A stretch of DNA of 64,000 nt from Octopus bimaculoides. Its lineage: Eukaryota. The notes under the pieces were generated by a model. The model worked only from the letters and a program-made list of their open reading frames with translations. It was not told the origin of the DNA and did not search any database. Positions 1 to 13,951 of the stretch are shown here, in pieces. The first letter of the stretch is position 1. Every line of letters starts with the position of its first letter. Made by a program: the position numbers and the translations under genes. The stretch lies in the NCBI RefSeq assembly GCF_001194135.2, contig NC_068995.1, forward strand, positions 21,316,641 to 21,380,640, written 5' to 3'.

Positions 1-377
1 ATGCATATTATGGAAAGTAAAGTAAAACAGCCAATTTTCTCGTTGCACACATTTTCAAACCTCATCGCAATATGGAAGACTATGAAATGCATGGTAGGAG
101 ATATTGTATATATCTATATAATAGGCATAAAAAATAGACAGGGAAACGAAGGGGAGAAATTCTGGAGAGACGTCGAGAAGTAGGTGGACGTAGTGGTCAG
201 ATGGAAAGCGGTGAGAAAAGACATGTGTGTATTAGGGCCAAGGAGAAGTATATCTAGGGTATAGGTACAGAGTGGGGAGGACTCCGTGGTCAAAGGAATG
301 GGGGAAATAGAAACAAACTACAGATGAAGGACCTGACGAAAGGAAATATACTCTCTCTCTCTATTTATTTCTCTCTC

Positions 378-448
<71 letters not shown>

Positions 449-626
449 TGTGTGTGTGTGCGTGCGCATATGTGTGCATATATGTGATTATATGTGATTT
501 GATTTCCGACTGAACGAAAGAAAACCTGTAACTTGGAGTACTGTGATTAAGATCCCTTCAGTTATAATGGATCAAAGAATCCTCTAATGGAAGCCGTAAT
601 TTATTGCTTCTCACTCAATGAACATA

Positions 627-758
<132 letters not shown>

Positions 759-3700
759 TATACGTGCACATATGTTCTATGCTCATATTTATATGTGCGT
801 GTGTGTGCAGGTGCGTGTGCATGCATGTGTGTATATGTATATATATGAAACAAAGAGAATGAGTGTTAACCAATGTGATTATAATGGTTTCATACACCAT
901 TCTAAAGTAAATATTAAAATAAGGACATTTCATTCTATTAAAACAGCGTGCTTAATGGAGGCGTTTACTTTTTGTATCAAACATTTTATACGGAATTCTA
1001 AGTTATCGAGTTGTGATTCAATAGATCCGTTTGATTCTTCACTTATCATGCTTTTTTGGAATGTCAGTTTTCTGTAGTATTTGCATAACCGACATTATGC
1101 AAATATCTTATGCCAGTTTGTTACGAAATCTCTTTATTAAATGAAACTGTTTAGACGCTTCCATATCCCGATAAATTTTGACTTTGTTTCCTATATAACA
1201 ATTGTCTGAAAAGTGTAATTTCGTGATTTACAATTGAAGGTCGTCCTTATAATAGCTTTCATGCAATGTATCTTCTCTAAACCGTTTAATTATATGCGTT
1301 TGTGGTATTTGAACTGTAACGTATATTATGAAGGCCATTTTTTCCCCGAAACATACATTGCTGCTGTGACACTATTTCGTTTATAATGAAGCAATTTAAC
1401 ACTTTCCAGGTTTCTGTTCAAATCTATATAACATTGTAAAATAAAATAAGAAAAAAAATTATGAAAACTACCTTTTTATTAAAATATAAACAATACTATT
1501 CGATTTTGATTGAATGTTGAAAACAACTTAATATCATTGTATTATTGAGAATATCTGAGCCAGCCCTATAAAATATCAATGCTTAGGCACCTATTTATAT
1601 TTCAACACAAGCTCTCATTTCTGTCTTTACAACTCTCTATTCTTTTTGAGGCACTATTTTCTAATATTTATCTTCTTTCTCGCTCTTTTACTCTTTCTGT
1701 CACTCTTTGATATATAATAATACGTTGCATTATATTGCTATTTCTCACAGCCAATTCCTTTCCTCTGATTTTTTCTTATTCGTGCAGCCAGTAATTTATA
1801 GACAATTCTACAGCATTACTTTAATCACCTGAATATATCGTATTCTACATTTACTAGTATATTTTTCGAATTTATATGACTATTTTTCAAACAAACCCTA
1901 TTTTGAATCCTAACATTTTCACACTCATCTTTTCCAATTATAAATTTTACCCAATTTTCTCATCATCTTCCTCGATCATTATCGATTTTACTTGTATAAT
2001 TCATTACACATTCACACCGGGATTTACCTCTTCTCCCCACCCTCTCTCTCTCCTTTTTTTTTGTTATTATTCAATCCTTTCTCTTTCGTGCTTCTATCTG
2101 TTGATTTTAGTTTTTCCAAAATAGTGGTTCTCGCAATTCACTGCTTCGTTATTCTACCTCTTTTGTATTTACTCTCTATCTTGTATTCCACGCAAATGAT
2201 GAGCTCACCTTCTCTTTTTCCCTTTCATATATAAGCACCCCTACTCTCCTCTATCTCCCTCGTTTTATCTAGGTTTCATCTGTCTCTTTCCACCTCTCTC
2301 TCATTTCTTCTTACTTATTTACTCTTCTTTTATATTGTTTCATATGCATGTCGTAAAAAAAGATTATAGAAATCTGTAAAATACGTTCAAAAATAATTAG
2401 AAATTTTTGAAAATTCCATTATTTCGGAAACACAGAAACACAACGTTTTATAATCTTACAGTATCATTAATGAAGATAAACTAAAATAAGTGTGACGATT
2501 TGCCCATTCCAGTTTAAAACCATGCTTACTCAGCAATTACTAATTAAACATTTATGTTCCAGTAAGTTCTGCGAGCCTGCAGGCTGAAATAGTTTCTTCG
2601 TATTTAATTTAAAGCAGAAATTATAAAAAGAAAGTAATTTGAAATAAATGAAATGGACTTAGGAAACAAAGATTTCAAAATGAAAATTAACGACAAAAAG
2701 TATTCTGGTTTTTATTGTACTTTTCTTTCAGCAACGAGATATAACAATTATAAAGGAATTGAAGTAGTAACAGTGAAAAATGATGAGGTTTATTTCTGTC
2801 TCCTTTTATTACTTCTGAATGTTTCTGCTACAAAGCTTGCTCCATTTTGCTCTTGTGTTAAGTCTTATTTCACTTTATCTTACAGTTTATTCCAAACTTT
2901 CTTTCTACGTCTTCTTGTGATTATTATTGTTTTACAACATTTCTCGTCTTTCTTGTTGCTGTTTTACAGTAACCGTCGAACTTTGTTGTGCTCCTTTTGT
3001 GAAACCTTCCCACCTTTTTTTCTCTCTGACTAAGAATTTCTTCATCTTTCCGTATATTTATAAAATTATTATCTTCATTTCCCCATTTATACACTCTCCA
3101 TTTTGCTCCTGTATTATTTTCACTGACTCACCCAAATACCTAATTTCTGTATCTATTCACCTTTTACACTTATCTATCCCTCTTTCACATGTTCTCCCTT
3201 CCACTGTGTGTGTGTGTGTGTGTGTGTGTTAAACACTTTCTCATTACCAACACACTACAGATATATAAACCCGAGAATAAACTACAAATGGCCAATGTAA
3301 TACATAAATTTAACTTTAAAACAGAAAGCTACAGATTTCTCGAATGTGTTACATTAACCAGTCACGTGCATGCTCTCTCGTACGTTCACCGTGCATTTAC
3401 ATTAGTCACACAATTACAACACGTTCTTGCTATCTCATCGTGCATTTCAGAAGTAAAGACAATAACAACACATGACATCGCACATCCTGGAGCAGAGGCA
3501 GATAGCAAAATATTAAGACATCACTCACTTATTCATACGTTATAGTATTCCGCACGGTTATACGGTTTTCTTAAGGAAACGTCACTCATGTCATAGAAGA
3601 GGACTTTAATTAACATATAATGTATACACGTCACACCCAATGAACATACGTCGCGGTTGACGGCCAAAATGCTTATCCGCCAACATGGAACTCTAAGTTT

Positions 3701-5722
3701 CCAACAGTTAAATTGTGGCTGCAAAATCTGAATAAAGGCAAGTAAGTTGCCTACTAGAAAAGATGCATTGCAAAATCCAAAATCTCTCCAAATCCCGAAA
3801 GTGTGGTTTAGATAACTTCAAAATAATGGTAAAAATGAATTTAGAAATATTATTACTCCCAACGAACTATGATAGGTAGACGAGAAAATATAACAATAAA
3901 AGTATAAATACGCATTATAATGTATTTGTGTTTTCAATATATGATGTCTAAACCAAAAGCTGTTCCTCATTTATTCACGCTTACATACATACACACATAC
4001 ATACATAAATACATACCTAAATGCATATATGGTTTTGTGAGTGCGTGTGCGTGCGCGCGTGATTGGTAGGTCAAATGTTATAGACACTTCTGACGAGACC
4101 CCAATGTGTACCTAAAACAAATTACGGCTATTCAGCACTTTTCAATCTACAGACAAATAGATAAATTTAACATGCCTGCATTTCGACAAAGTAGGTGAAT
4201 GTATATATATATATTTCGAAGTATATATACATATGTATCAAACAATAGACACATGTATATGTATGTAAGTACATCTTACATTTGTTTTTCGTTTTTTGCT
4301 TTTAATTAAAATCTATCTTTGCCTCTTTTATCCATTTCCCAATGTTTATAGCTCAGATGTCGATATTATCCATTAATATCATTCTCTTACATTAACTAAA
4401 CTTATCATTTTCTCTATAGTTCGTTTGGCCTTTATAACACCCCATCTCCGTTGTAAAACTCTGTGTCTTCTTTCTACATATCATTTCTTGCAGACACTTT
4501 TCTTTTGCAATCTATCTTTTCATCCTGCCTTACATGTCACTGTTTTTCTCTCTTTTGTCTGCCTCTCTTGCTTACTACTTGTCTTTGCATTTCTCTTTCT
4601 CGCTTTTTAAATCAAAGATCTTCTTTATTCATCTTTCTAATCTCTCTTCCACATAACATTTGCTTTTTTGGGTTTTTTCTCCGTCTTTTACCCTATGTTC
4701 ATTCCGGTAACGTGCCTTCTCCCCCACACCACCATCCTCAAAAAATGCGACTTGGTGTCTTATATATTAAGATGTCAAGAAGAAAAGTGCATGTCATCAA
4801 TTCGCATACAGTAGTGAAATCCAGAAAGTTTTTACAGTACTGTTATAAATGCACGGATGATATACACAACCTTAGAAAAAATATCTGTCAAACATCTTGC
4901 GAAAATCTATTAACGTAAAAATTAACAAACGTAAGTAAAGTAAAAAAAAAAACCAGGATGGGCAGATTGTACAGATAACACAGAATTAATTCACTTGCGC
5001 TATTTATTTACGAACAATAAAAAAAAAAAAGGAAAGAGTTCCGTGGTGGAATTTATCTGTCTTCCTTATGTATGTAATAAAATGATGGAGCCTATCCTCT
5101 TTATATACACAGTATTGAGCTAAAATTAGTAAACTATCATCGTGTCCTAATTTTTGCTCTTCTAAAAATAAAACCACACCACTTCTCGGTAATACTAACC
5201 TAAATTTAAGACAAGGTACAAACATTCGGATTTCAGAAAATATCTGTGGTATTCAAATGAAATTAGAACAGGATTTAAGTTCTCAGCACCGAGAGGAAAA
5301 AATAGTGCTGCTTCTGAGAATAATGTTCATGATTAGATTTGAAACTACATTTTGAGTAATTTCATGGCGTAATTTAATCCAAGGGAAAATATGATAACTG
5401 CAGTTAACTTAAAAACTAGCCATCTTGGGAGTCTTTTACTCTTTTGATTGTTTCAGTTACGGAATTTATTTGGACTGTGTCTAAAATGGACACTCAGTGA
5501 TATGAAAGCTGTTTACTCATTAGAGGATGACCGGTCATTCTTATTTGATTTAACGGTCCTATTTCTCACATCTCTAAGGTACAAGGCGGCAGCCAGATGC
5601 CGAGTGTAACTTAAAGAACACATATGAACACAGGCAATATACATGCCTCTCACGTAAACACACAGGTATATACATACATGTACGTGAGTGGGTATGCTTG
5701 TGTGCGTGTGCGTGTATGTATA

Positions 5723-5757
<35 letters not shown>

Positions 5758-6890
5758 ATTATGTTAAGTACACCGATTGTTTTATTTCTGTGTAAGCTGC
5801 GTTATGTTATGTATCTTGCGAAAACGGCAAGCTGACAGAATCATTAGACCGTGGGGCAAAATGCTTCCACCAAGCCATCTCGTCGCTATAATATATCAAT
5901 ACATTTCACTATACATTTCTAATATACATTTCGCTATAAGATTAGTGAAATGTATATGAGAAATACCAGTAATATGTACGTATGACGTAGGACACAAACC
6001 TATTATTTTCTACTGTCTCCATATGCCTCCATACGCTTCAATCCAAACAACGTTAACCAAAACGACACAACAGCCTCAATTACAACGGTAGCAACAGCAC
6101 CAACAATTGCAGCAGCAGCAACAACAATAGACATGCAATAATAGATATAAACAATGACATGTATACCACAATCGAATTTATTAAATGTGTTCTATGCAGG
6201 TAATTGCAAAGTATCATTCTTTAAAAATACAGTCTGTACGATGGATATAACTAGGATTGTGTGTGTAAGTGTGCGTCTTTTATGTGCGCGTGTGGTGATG
6301 TGTTTGTATATTAGTGTCTGTTTGCACGATCTGTAAGTGTGTGTGTGTGTGGGGGGGTCCAATCAATTTTATTTGCGAGGTTAACATGTTCAATTCAGCT
6401 GAGAGAATTCTTACTATATTGTCAATGATTGGCAATCGATGAATTTAAACTTTTGTATTGTTTCACGAGTGCCGTGTTAACATATCTTTCCTTTTAACAG
6501 AGAGGCATATCAATAGGTAAGCACATTTATTGAACACATTCAGAATTACAGACATTCTCATACGACCGCAACACACCACACACAAATCTATTATTTTCTT
6601 CTATATTCACTTCAATTAACACATAAACACGCTCAAACTCAAATACACAAATGCAAATACACACAAACAACCACCCACCTACACACAAACAACTATGCAC
6701 ACCCACAAACACACAGGCTAACCATAATTTTTCAGTTCACAATGTGCAAGGATTGTTCAAAGAATGTATAAAATGCATATTAAATCTAAAGAATGATAAT
6801 AAAGACTTCTATCAATTTATATTAATTGTTATACCAACTATGATGTCATATTGTCATTCTTTTGACTACTTTGAATATATACAAGATGAG

Positions 6891-7223
6891 GGCAAGTGTC
6901 TTCTACTATAGCCTCGGGCCGACCAAAACCTTGTGAGTGGATTTGGTAGACGGAAACTGAAAGAATCCCGTCGTATATATGTATATGTATATATATGAGT
7001 GTATGTGTTTGTGTGTCTGTGTTTGACCCCTAACATCGCTTGACAACCGATGCTGGTGTGTTTACGTTGTCGTAACTTAGCGGTTCGGCAAAAGAGACCG
7101 ATAGAATAAGTACTAGGCTTACAAAGAATAAGTCCTGGCATCGCTTTGCTAAACTAAACGTGGTGCTCCAGCATGGCCGCAGTCAAATGACTGAAACAAG
7201 TAAAACAGTTAAAGAGTAAAAGA
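6891..7223 (+). mobile_element. 5'-truncated tRNA-derived SINE (family A, with internal AT/GT microsatellite)
   Basis: Body ggcaagtgtcttctactatagcctcgggccgacc...gaatcccgtcg, then an (AT)/(GT) tract, then tail ...gtgctccagcatggccgcagtcaaatgactgaaacaagtaaaa. Homologous blocks occur at 9015-9757 and (minus) 33929-34195. It resembles octopus tRNA-SINEs (OK/OR-type), but the exact family is not assignable. Confidence 0.85.
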
Positions 7224-7468
7224 GGCGTAGTTGTGGCTGTGTGGTAAGAAGTTTACTTCTCAACAATGGGATTTCGGCTTCAGACCTACTGCATGCCACC
7301 TGGACCAAATGTCTTTCACTATAATAAAGGACTTGGGAGATGAATTTCCCCGAGAATTACATTACGGGGTACAAGTGTCTGTGGAGTGCTCAGCCACATG
7401 CACGTTAATTTCACGAGCAGGATATCCCGTTGATCGGATCCCCTGGAACTTTCGTCGTCGTAACCGAC
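7224..7468 (+). mobile_element. SINE family A head fragment joined to a different repeat tail
   Basis: ggcgtagttgtggctgtgtggtaag... is a tRNA-like head and continues into a degenerate match to the family A body start (9040-9080). An unrelated GC-richer segment ending cgtaaccgacggagtgcca follows. Confidence 0.6.
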
Positions 7469-9014
7469 GGAGTGCCACGGGGATATATATACACTTCAAA
7501 TTTAAGATAATAAAAAAGAAATTTATCAGTCGCCAGCATATTAAAAATGCCTTTAAAAGTGAAGTTATAAATAGAATTATAAATAAGGACAAAAGGAAAA
7601 TTTTTCTTTGCCAATACACTGAAATAGACGCTAATTTGTCTAATTCGTCTAAATATTTTCACTATCNNNNNNNNNNNNNNNNNNNNNNNNNNNNNNNNNN
7701 NNNNNNNNNNNNNNNNNNNNNNNNNNNNNNNNNNNNNNNNNNNNNNNNNNNNNNNNNNNNNNNNNNNNNNNNNNNNNNNNNNNNNNATGGAATATACGAG
7801 AATATATTATTAATCACAACATTTGTTGTGGGACACACAAAAACTGGTTCAGGAGCATCCTGTGGTGCAGACGTATCTCGTCGGGTGATAAATAAATAAA
7901 AAATCTGTTCTATGATGCAACTTTCCGTTTTGTAGAGAGAAAAACAGCCAGACGGAGGAAAATTCTTCGTATATATAGAAAATCCAAAAATAAAATTGCA
8001 GAAGACAAAAAGAGAAACGAACACTAAATCCAGCGAGAAAAGTATATATTCATGTATCTATGGATAGATTCACAGCGTGCGTTGGTATACGAGGACAAAT
8101 TTGTCATTCTCGTTTTGGAAAAACATACATACAATAGCAGAAACAACTTCGGTAATGAAAGAAATTGTACATATAAACTACATTGTCTTCTTTAATCAAT
8201 GTAGCCAGTTTCAGTGTCAATAAATATTTCTATGGGTGACATGAATTAAATGGTACTGATTCATATCGGACGTTACTTTTACTACGGATGAACTAAGGTG
8301 TGTAAGAAGGTGCTTGTATGTGAGAATGGTATGTGTAAGTGTGTATGTGGCAATGGCGGCGAACGCGTGAATGCAAGTGGTGACGATATATATACGTAAA
8401 TGTCGAACGACGAGAATGAGCGCTCAACACGTCATTGGTGGATAAAATTTCATTATTTCTGTATTAAGGCTACCATTTGCTTCATGTTGAGAAAAAATAT
8501 CTTGATATCTAAACAATTTTTGAAACCCATCACAGGGAGAAAAGTTGTTCGTTAAGTCGGTTTTCATCCAAAATGAAGACGAACACAGTTCCTCCATGTG
8601 GTGTACATCAGAAATTGGTAAGATATTAAGATATTTTCTTAAAGTTAAACGAATGGTAGACTTAATGCACACTCTCACACACAGACATATATACTTAATG
8701 CGCGCGCGTGTGTGTTTGCATTTGTATCCCACTTCCACTTGTCAACTGGTGTTCGATAGTTTATGCTCCCGTACTTTGCGGTGCAGCAGAGACTTATAAA
8801 CACTGTAAACTGTAAATGCAACGTCTTTACACTATTTGTTCTGTATTATGTAGTTTCCATCACACACTTGTCTCCCACACTGTCAAAATAGAGTAACTGG
8901 AGTTGGAACGGATATCTGTAACAAATGTTACTATTCTTCAATACTTGCCAGATTAATGGATTTAGTGGGCTAGATGTTTATCAGTATAAACCTCCAACAA
9001 ACGTATGCTAGGGG

Positions 9015-9455
9015 AAACCACATGGATCCGGTTTCTGTTCCACTGCGTGGCACCTTGGGCAGTTGTCTTCTACTATAGCCGCGGACCGACCAAAGACTTA
9101 TGAGTAGATTTGGAAACCGGAAACTGAGAGAAGCCCGTCGTTCATATGTATATATGTACATGTGTATATAAGTGTGTGTGTATATGCATATATATAAGCA
9201 TATACATATATGTATATATATATATATANNNNNNNNNNNNNNNNNNNNNNNNNNNNNNNNNNNNNNNNNNNNNNNNNNNNNNNNNNNNNNNNNNNNNNNN
9301 NNNNNNNNNNNNNNNNNNNNNNNNNNNNNNNNNNNNNNNNNNNNNNNNNNNNNNNNNNNNNNNNNNNNNNNNNNNNNNNNNNNNNNNNNNNNNNNNNNNN
9401 NNNNNNNNNNNNNNNNNNNNNNNNNNATATATATATATACATGTATATATATATC

Positions 9456-9496
<41 letters not shown>

Positions 9497-9757
9497 TATA
9501 CACACACATATGTATACATAAACATGTATTTATGTGTGTGCGTGTGTCTTTGTGTCTGTGTTTATCTCCCTACCATCGCTTGAAAACCGATGTTGGCGGT
9601 TTTTGTCACCCCGCAACGTAGCAGCAGTTCGGCTAAAGTACTAGGCTTAGAAAGTATTAGTTCTGAGTTTGATTTGTTCGACTACAACACTTCAAGGCGG
9701 TGCTCCAGCATGGCTGCAATCAAATCAAATGACTAAAACATGTTAAAGAGTAAAAGA
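9015..9757 (+). mobile_element. SINE family A copy with expanded internal microsatellite containing an assembly gap
   Basis: 5' body (9015-9142) and 3' tail (9540-9757) align by eye to 6891-7223. The internal AT tract is expanded and includes the N run at 9229-9426. Confidence 0.85.
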
Positions 9758-9873
9758 ATTATATATATATATATATAGGTAAATATTTGTTTTGATGCCA
9801 TTACCTGTTTCAGTTACTAGACTGCGACAATGCTGTGGCACCACCTTATATATGTGTGTGTGTGTGTGTGTGC

Positions 9874-9916
<43 letters not shown>

Positions 9917-12520
9917 CGTGTGTCACTGTACAGATACAATTGTTTTGTGATTGTTTCTATAGCTATGTATTTCATAGTGATCTTCTGATCAGATGATCCG
10001 AAAATATATTCTTATAGTCTAATATTATCTGGGAATGTGACTTCTAGGGAATGCACGCTTGCTTATATAATTGTGTCTATGTATGTGTGTTTGTATGTGC
10101 TTGCATATGTGTCCGTTTAACGGTGCACGTATGCGTGCGCGTGTGCGTAGTGTGATGCGTGGGTGTGTGTGTGTGTTTGTGTTTGTATTTGTGTATGCGC
10201 GTGTGCGCGCGCGTATGTGTCTGTGTTTGTGTGCGCGTGTATGTTCGTGCGGGTAGTAATGCGAAGCATACGTTCGGAAAAGATTGGTCAGAACAGTTAT
10301 TAATTTGTAGCCAACAGAAATCTGATGTGAAATCGGTTACGCTCAATTGCCACCTAATGGCCTATTCCTTAGGATCAACATTCTTAGGATCACATTAGAC
10401 TACAAGATTATATGTCCCGAATATCTAAGCAGATTTTTATGTCCTTGCCTCATTTCATGAAATATGCAGAATATAATGCAATCACATAATATAGTTTCTA
10501 TTTTTATCTGCAACCGTGCATCCACTCTTAACAATTTCTCGGATAATAAGAAGCCTCATATAGTATACTTACTTATGACGTCGGTGCCATATCATTGCCA
10601 CCGTCAACTGTTTGCATCTAAATAGTAAATGAGTAATGACTCCTCTTTCTCAATTACAGATTTCTTCAATGTAACGGAGCCTACAAACTCTTTCAGCAAT
10701 CACGAAATCTATATTATTTCTTAGAGTTCAACTGGTGTTGAATTTCTGTTTGCAAATTCTATCTTGCTTTGGAATTTAAATGGAAAATACTTGGCTTTAA
10801 TCCGGTTGATAGTATTAAAATAAACTCTAGCAAGACAAAGAATGCACCAGAGCACCGAGGAATGCACTAGATCCTCATGCAAGAAATCGCTGGTATTGTC
10901 TTTATTACCTGTTTAAAAAGGTAATTCAGTTAGAATATGAACTTAAGCTTTATTAACAGTTTTTTTCCCTTCACAGAAANNNNNNNNNNACAAAAAAAAA
11001 AAAACGTTTTGATTAACATTTGTTTTTCTTATGTGTTCTATTTTTGTTTTTTTTTTATTTTGCATATTCTCAACGATACCCACTTTAACACAATACATAT
11101 TGCATGTTCCATGTTGAAGACATATTATCAGAAAATAATTTCCTTTCCTGTTAATATGTTCGTTTGTGTGTGTGGGTGGACATGTGGGTGTGTGCATGTA
11201 TACATGCATATACTCTTTTACGTGCGCATTTGCGCATGCATATGTGTACATATATAAAACAATTCAAAACCTGGCATGCATACTTATTCTTTTGTGCAAT
11301 TGAATATCTCCATTACAGGCAATCTTACCCACTCCCCACATCATATACATATGTGTGTGTGTGTGTATGTATGTATATATAATATATCCANNNNNNNNNN
11401 NNNNNNNNNNNNNNNNNNNNNNNNNNNNNNNNNNNNNNNNNNNNNNNNNNNNNNNNNNNNNNNNNNAAACATACATACGTATAACTATACATATATATGC
11501 ATACATACAGAGGATAGAAACGTACACAATTACGAAGTACAAAAAGCCGGACGCAACACGAAGATACATTTAGCTACATGAATGTAACATTGCGTGCTTA
11601 CAAGTGCATGCAGGCGTTTATACACCTATTGTGTTGCATATATTTAATGCATATAAATATATTGATCTGGTGAGCACATTTGGTGTATATGGTTGCCTAT
11701 ATTGCATTAAATAATAACAACAACCTTTTGATCAGAACAAACGATCTGGTTTGAAACCGAGAACAACCTGCTCAAGTGAGTAACTTATGGAAAACAACTG
11801 TTAAAAACAATTCGTCCAATATAGAATATATTCACTTATATTGCTATGTTTTATCGTCGTTTGTTTTCATAAAGTTCGGTTTTGCTTATGTTTTGAATGA
11901 TTTACCTTCTTCATTTTATATTATATAGACTGTGACACATGTGATGGATGTGTGAATATAAGCATATGTTTAGGTTTGTTGGTGTGTGTAGGTGAATGCG
12001 CTTGTATGTGTTTGCGTAAGAGGATACTACAGTGTTATGGCTGGTGAAGCAGGTAAGGCAATATTTTTCGAATTCATACTCAAGAGAAAGGCAGGGTAGA
12101 GTGACCTGCTGAAACAGAAGCAGCTCATCCGTAGAAATGATTGCACAATCGCACGCGTGCGCACATGTAAGTGTATGTATATACTCTGTGTGTGTGTGTG
12201 TAAGCATATATATATATATATATATATATANNNNNNNNNNNNNNNNNNNNNNNNNNNNNNNNNNNNNNNNNNNNNNNNNNNNNNNNNNNNNNNNNNNNNN
12301 NNNNNNNNNNNNNNNNNNNNNNNNNNNNNNNNNNNNNNNNNNNNNNNNNNNNNNNNNNNNNNNNNNNNNNNNNNNNNNNNNNNNNNNNNNNNNNNNNNNN
12401 NNNNNNNNNNNNNNNNNNNNNNNNNNNNNNNNNNNNNNNNNNNNNNNNNNNNNNNNNNNNNNNNNNNNNNNNNNNNNNNNNNNNNNNNNNNNNNNNNNNN
12501 NNNNNNNNNNNNNNNNNNNC

Positions 12521-12553
<33 letters not shown>

Positions 12554-12554
12554 G

Positions 12555-12586
<32 letters not shown>

Positions 12587-12730
12587 ACATATCAATATGC
12601 ATATTACACATCTGTTTGTGTGCGTGTGTGTGAGAGTGAGAGAGAAAGAAATAGAGAAAGAGAGAGAGAGAAACGGTAAGAGAGAGAGACAGAAAGACAT
12701 ATAGATAGAGGAGATAGAGATAGATAGATG

Positions 12731-12791
<61 letters not shown>

Positions 12792-13430
12792 AGAGAGAAA
12801 AAGTTGTTACAGAGAGATAATTCAATATAAGTAGGCTCAAAAATACAAGTGGAATACTGAACGGGAAAGATATTTTTCTTACTCGTCTCTACAAGGACAA
12901 ATGTAAATAAACAAACAAGATGATATTTTTATTTATTCCTACCTTCACATATGGAAACGACAACCATCATTTATATAGACATAAAGAAGAGCCATATCAT
13001 ATTATCCACGGATGAAATGGTTTTAAACTCAGCAACTGGCCTCCACGGAATTACTACAATGTTTTCAGAAACCATGTAAAGTAACATTTGCTAAGTTATT
13101 CGAGCAACTTTTCCAGTGCATCGTACCTTGTGGGAATTTCGCAAAAACGTTGAATTATATGATATAGAATGCCCTTTTCTTAAAGTCTATACTTAATATT
13201 AGTAGCCTATATCACTGGCCCGCATATCTGTGGACTTATAGAATGAATTTTCAGAGAGAAAGTGATTACCTTGTTTCTTGGTGACTACTTGAAAGGACTG
13301 CTTTCACCTGGGTCTTAATTACATCACATAGCTTCAACACAATTAGTACTAAATTTTCAAACTGCTATTTAGCAGTTAATAAGTGGGTATGGAGCATCTC
13401 CATACATACATACATACATACATACATACG

Positions 13431-13681
13431 TGGAGACGCGTGGCTTAGCGGTTAGAGTGTCAGCATCATGATTGTAAGATTGTGGTTTCGATTCTTGGAC
13501 CGGGCGACGCGTTGTGTTCTTGAGCAAAACACTTCATTTCACGTTGCTCCAGTCCACTCAGTTGGCAAAAATGAGTAACGCTGCGATGGACTGGCGTCCC
13601 GTCCCGCCGGGGAACACACACGCCATTGAAACCGGGAAACTGGGTCCATGAGCCTGGCTAGGCTTTAAAAGGGCGCATTTA
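13431..13681 (+). mobile_element. Full-length tRNA-derived SINE (family C)
   Basis: A-box-like TGGCTTAGCGG (13441) and B-box-like GTTTCGATTC (13485). The central segment ttcttgagcaaaacacttc...ttgctccagtccactcag...gatggactggcgtccc resembles conserved SINE core domains. It is flanked on both sides by (TACA)n. Confidence 0.85.
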
Positions 13682-13919
13682 TATATACATACATACATAC
13701 ATACATANNNNNNNNNNNNNNNNNNNNNNNNNNNNNNNNNNNNNNNNNNNNNNNNNNNNNNNNNNNNNNNNNNNNNNNNNNNNNNNNNNNNNNNNNNNNN
13801 NNNNNNNNNNNNNNNNNNNNNNNNNNNNNNNNNNNNNNNNNNNNNNNNNNNNNNNNNNNNNNNNNNNNNNNNNNNNNNNNNNNNNNNNNNNNNNNNNNNN
13901 NNNNNNNNNNNNNNNNNNN

Positions 13920-13951
<32 letters not shown>

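Noticed and set aside
5457-5578. Apparent 122-nt open exon (ttttgattgtttcag...AG|gtac)
   Set aside because: The acceptor derives from a reversed SINE tail fragment and the peptide has no recognisable similarity.
8424-8600. Minus ORF segment MEELCSSSFW...PCDGFQK resembling an ABCC/MRP N-terminus
   Set aside because: There is no splice donor after FW, no transmembrane continuation, and no further ABCC exons visible; likely chance.
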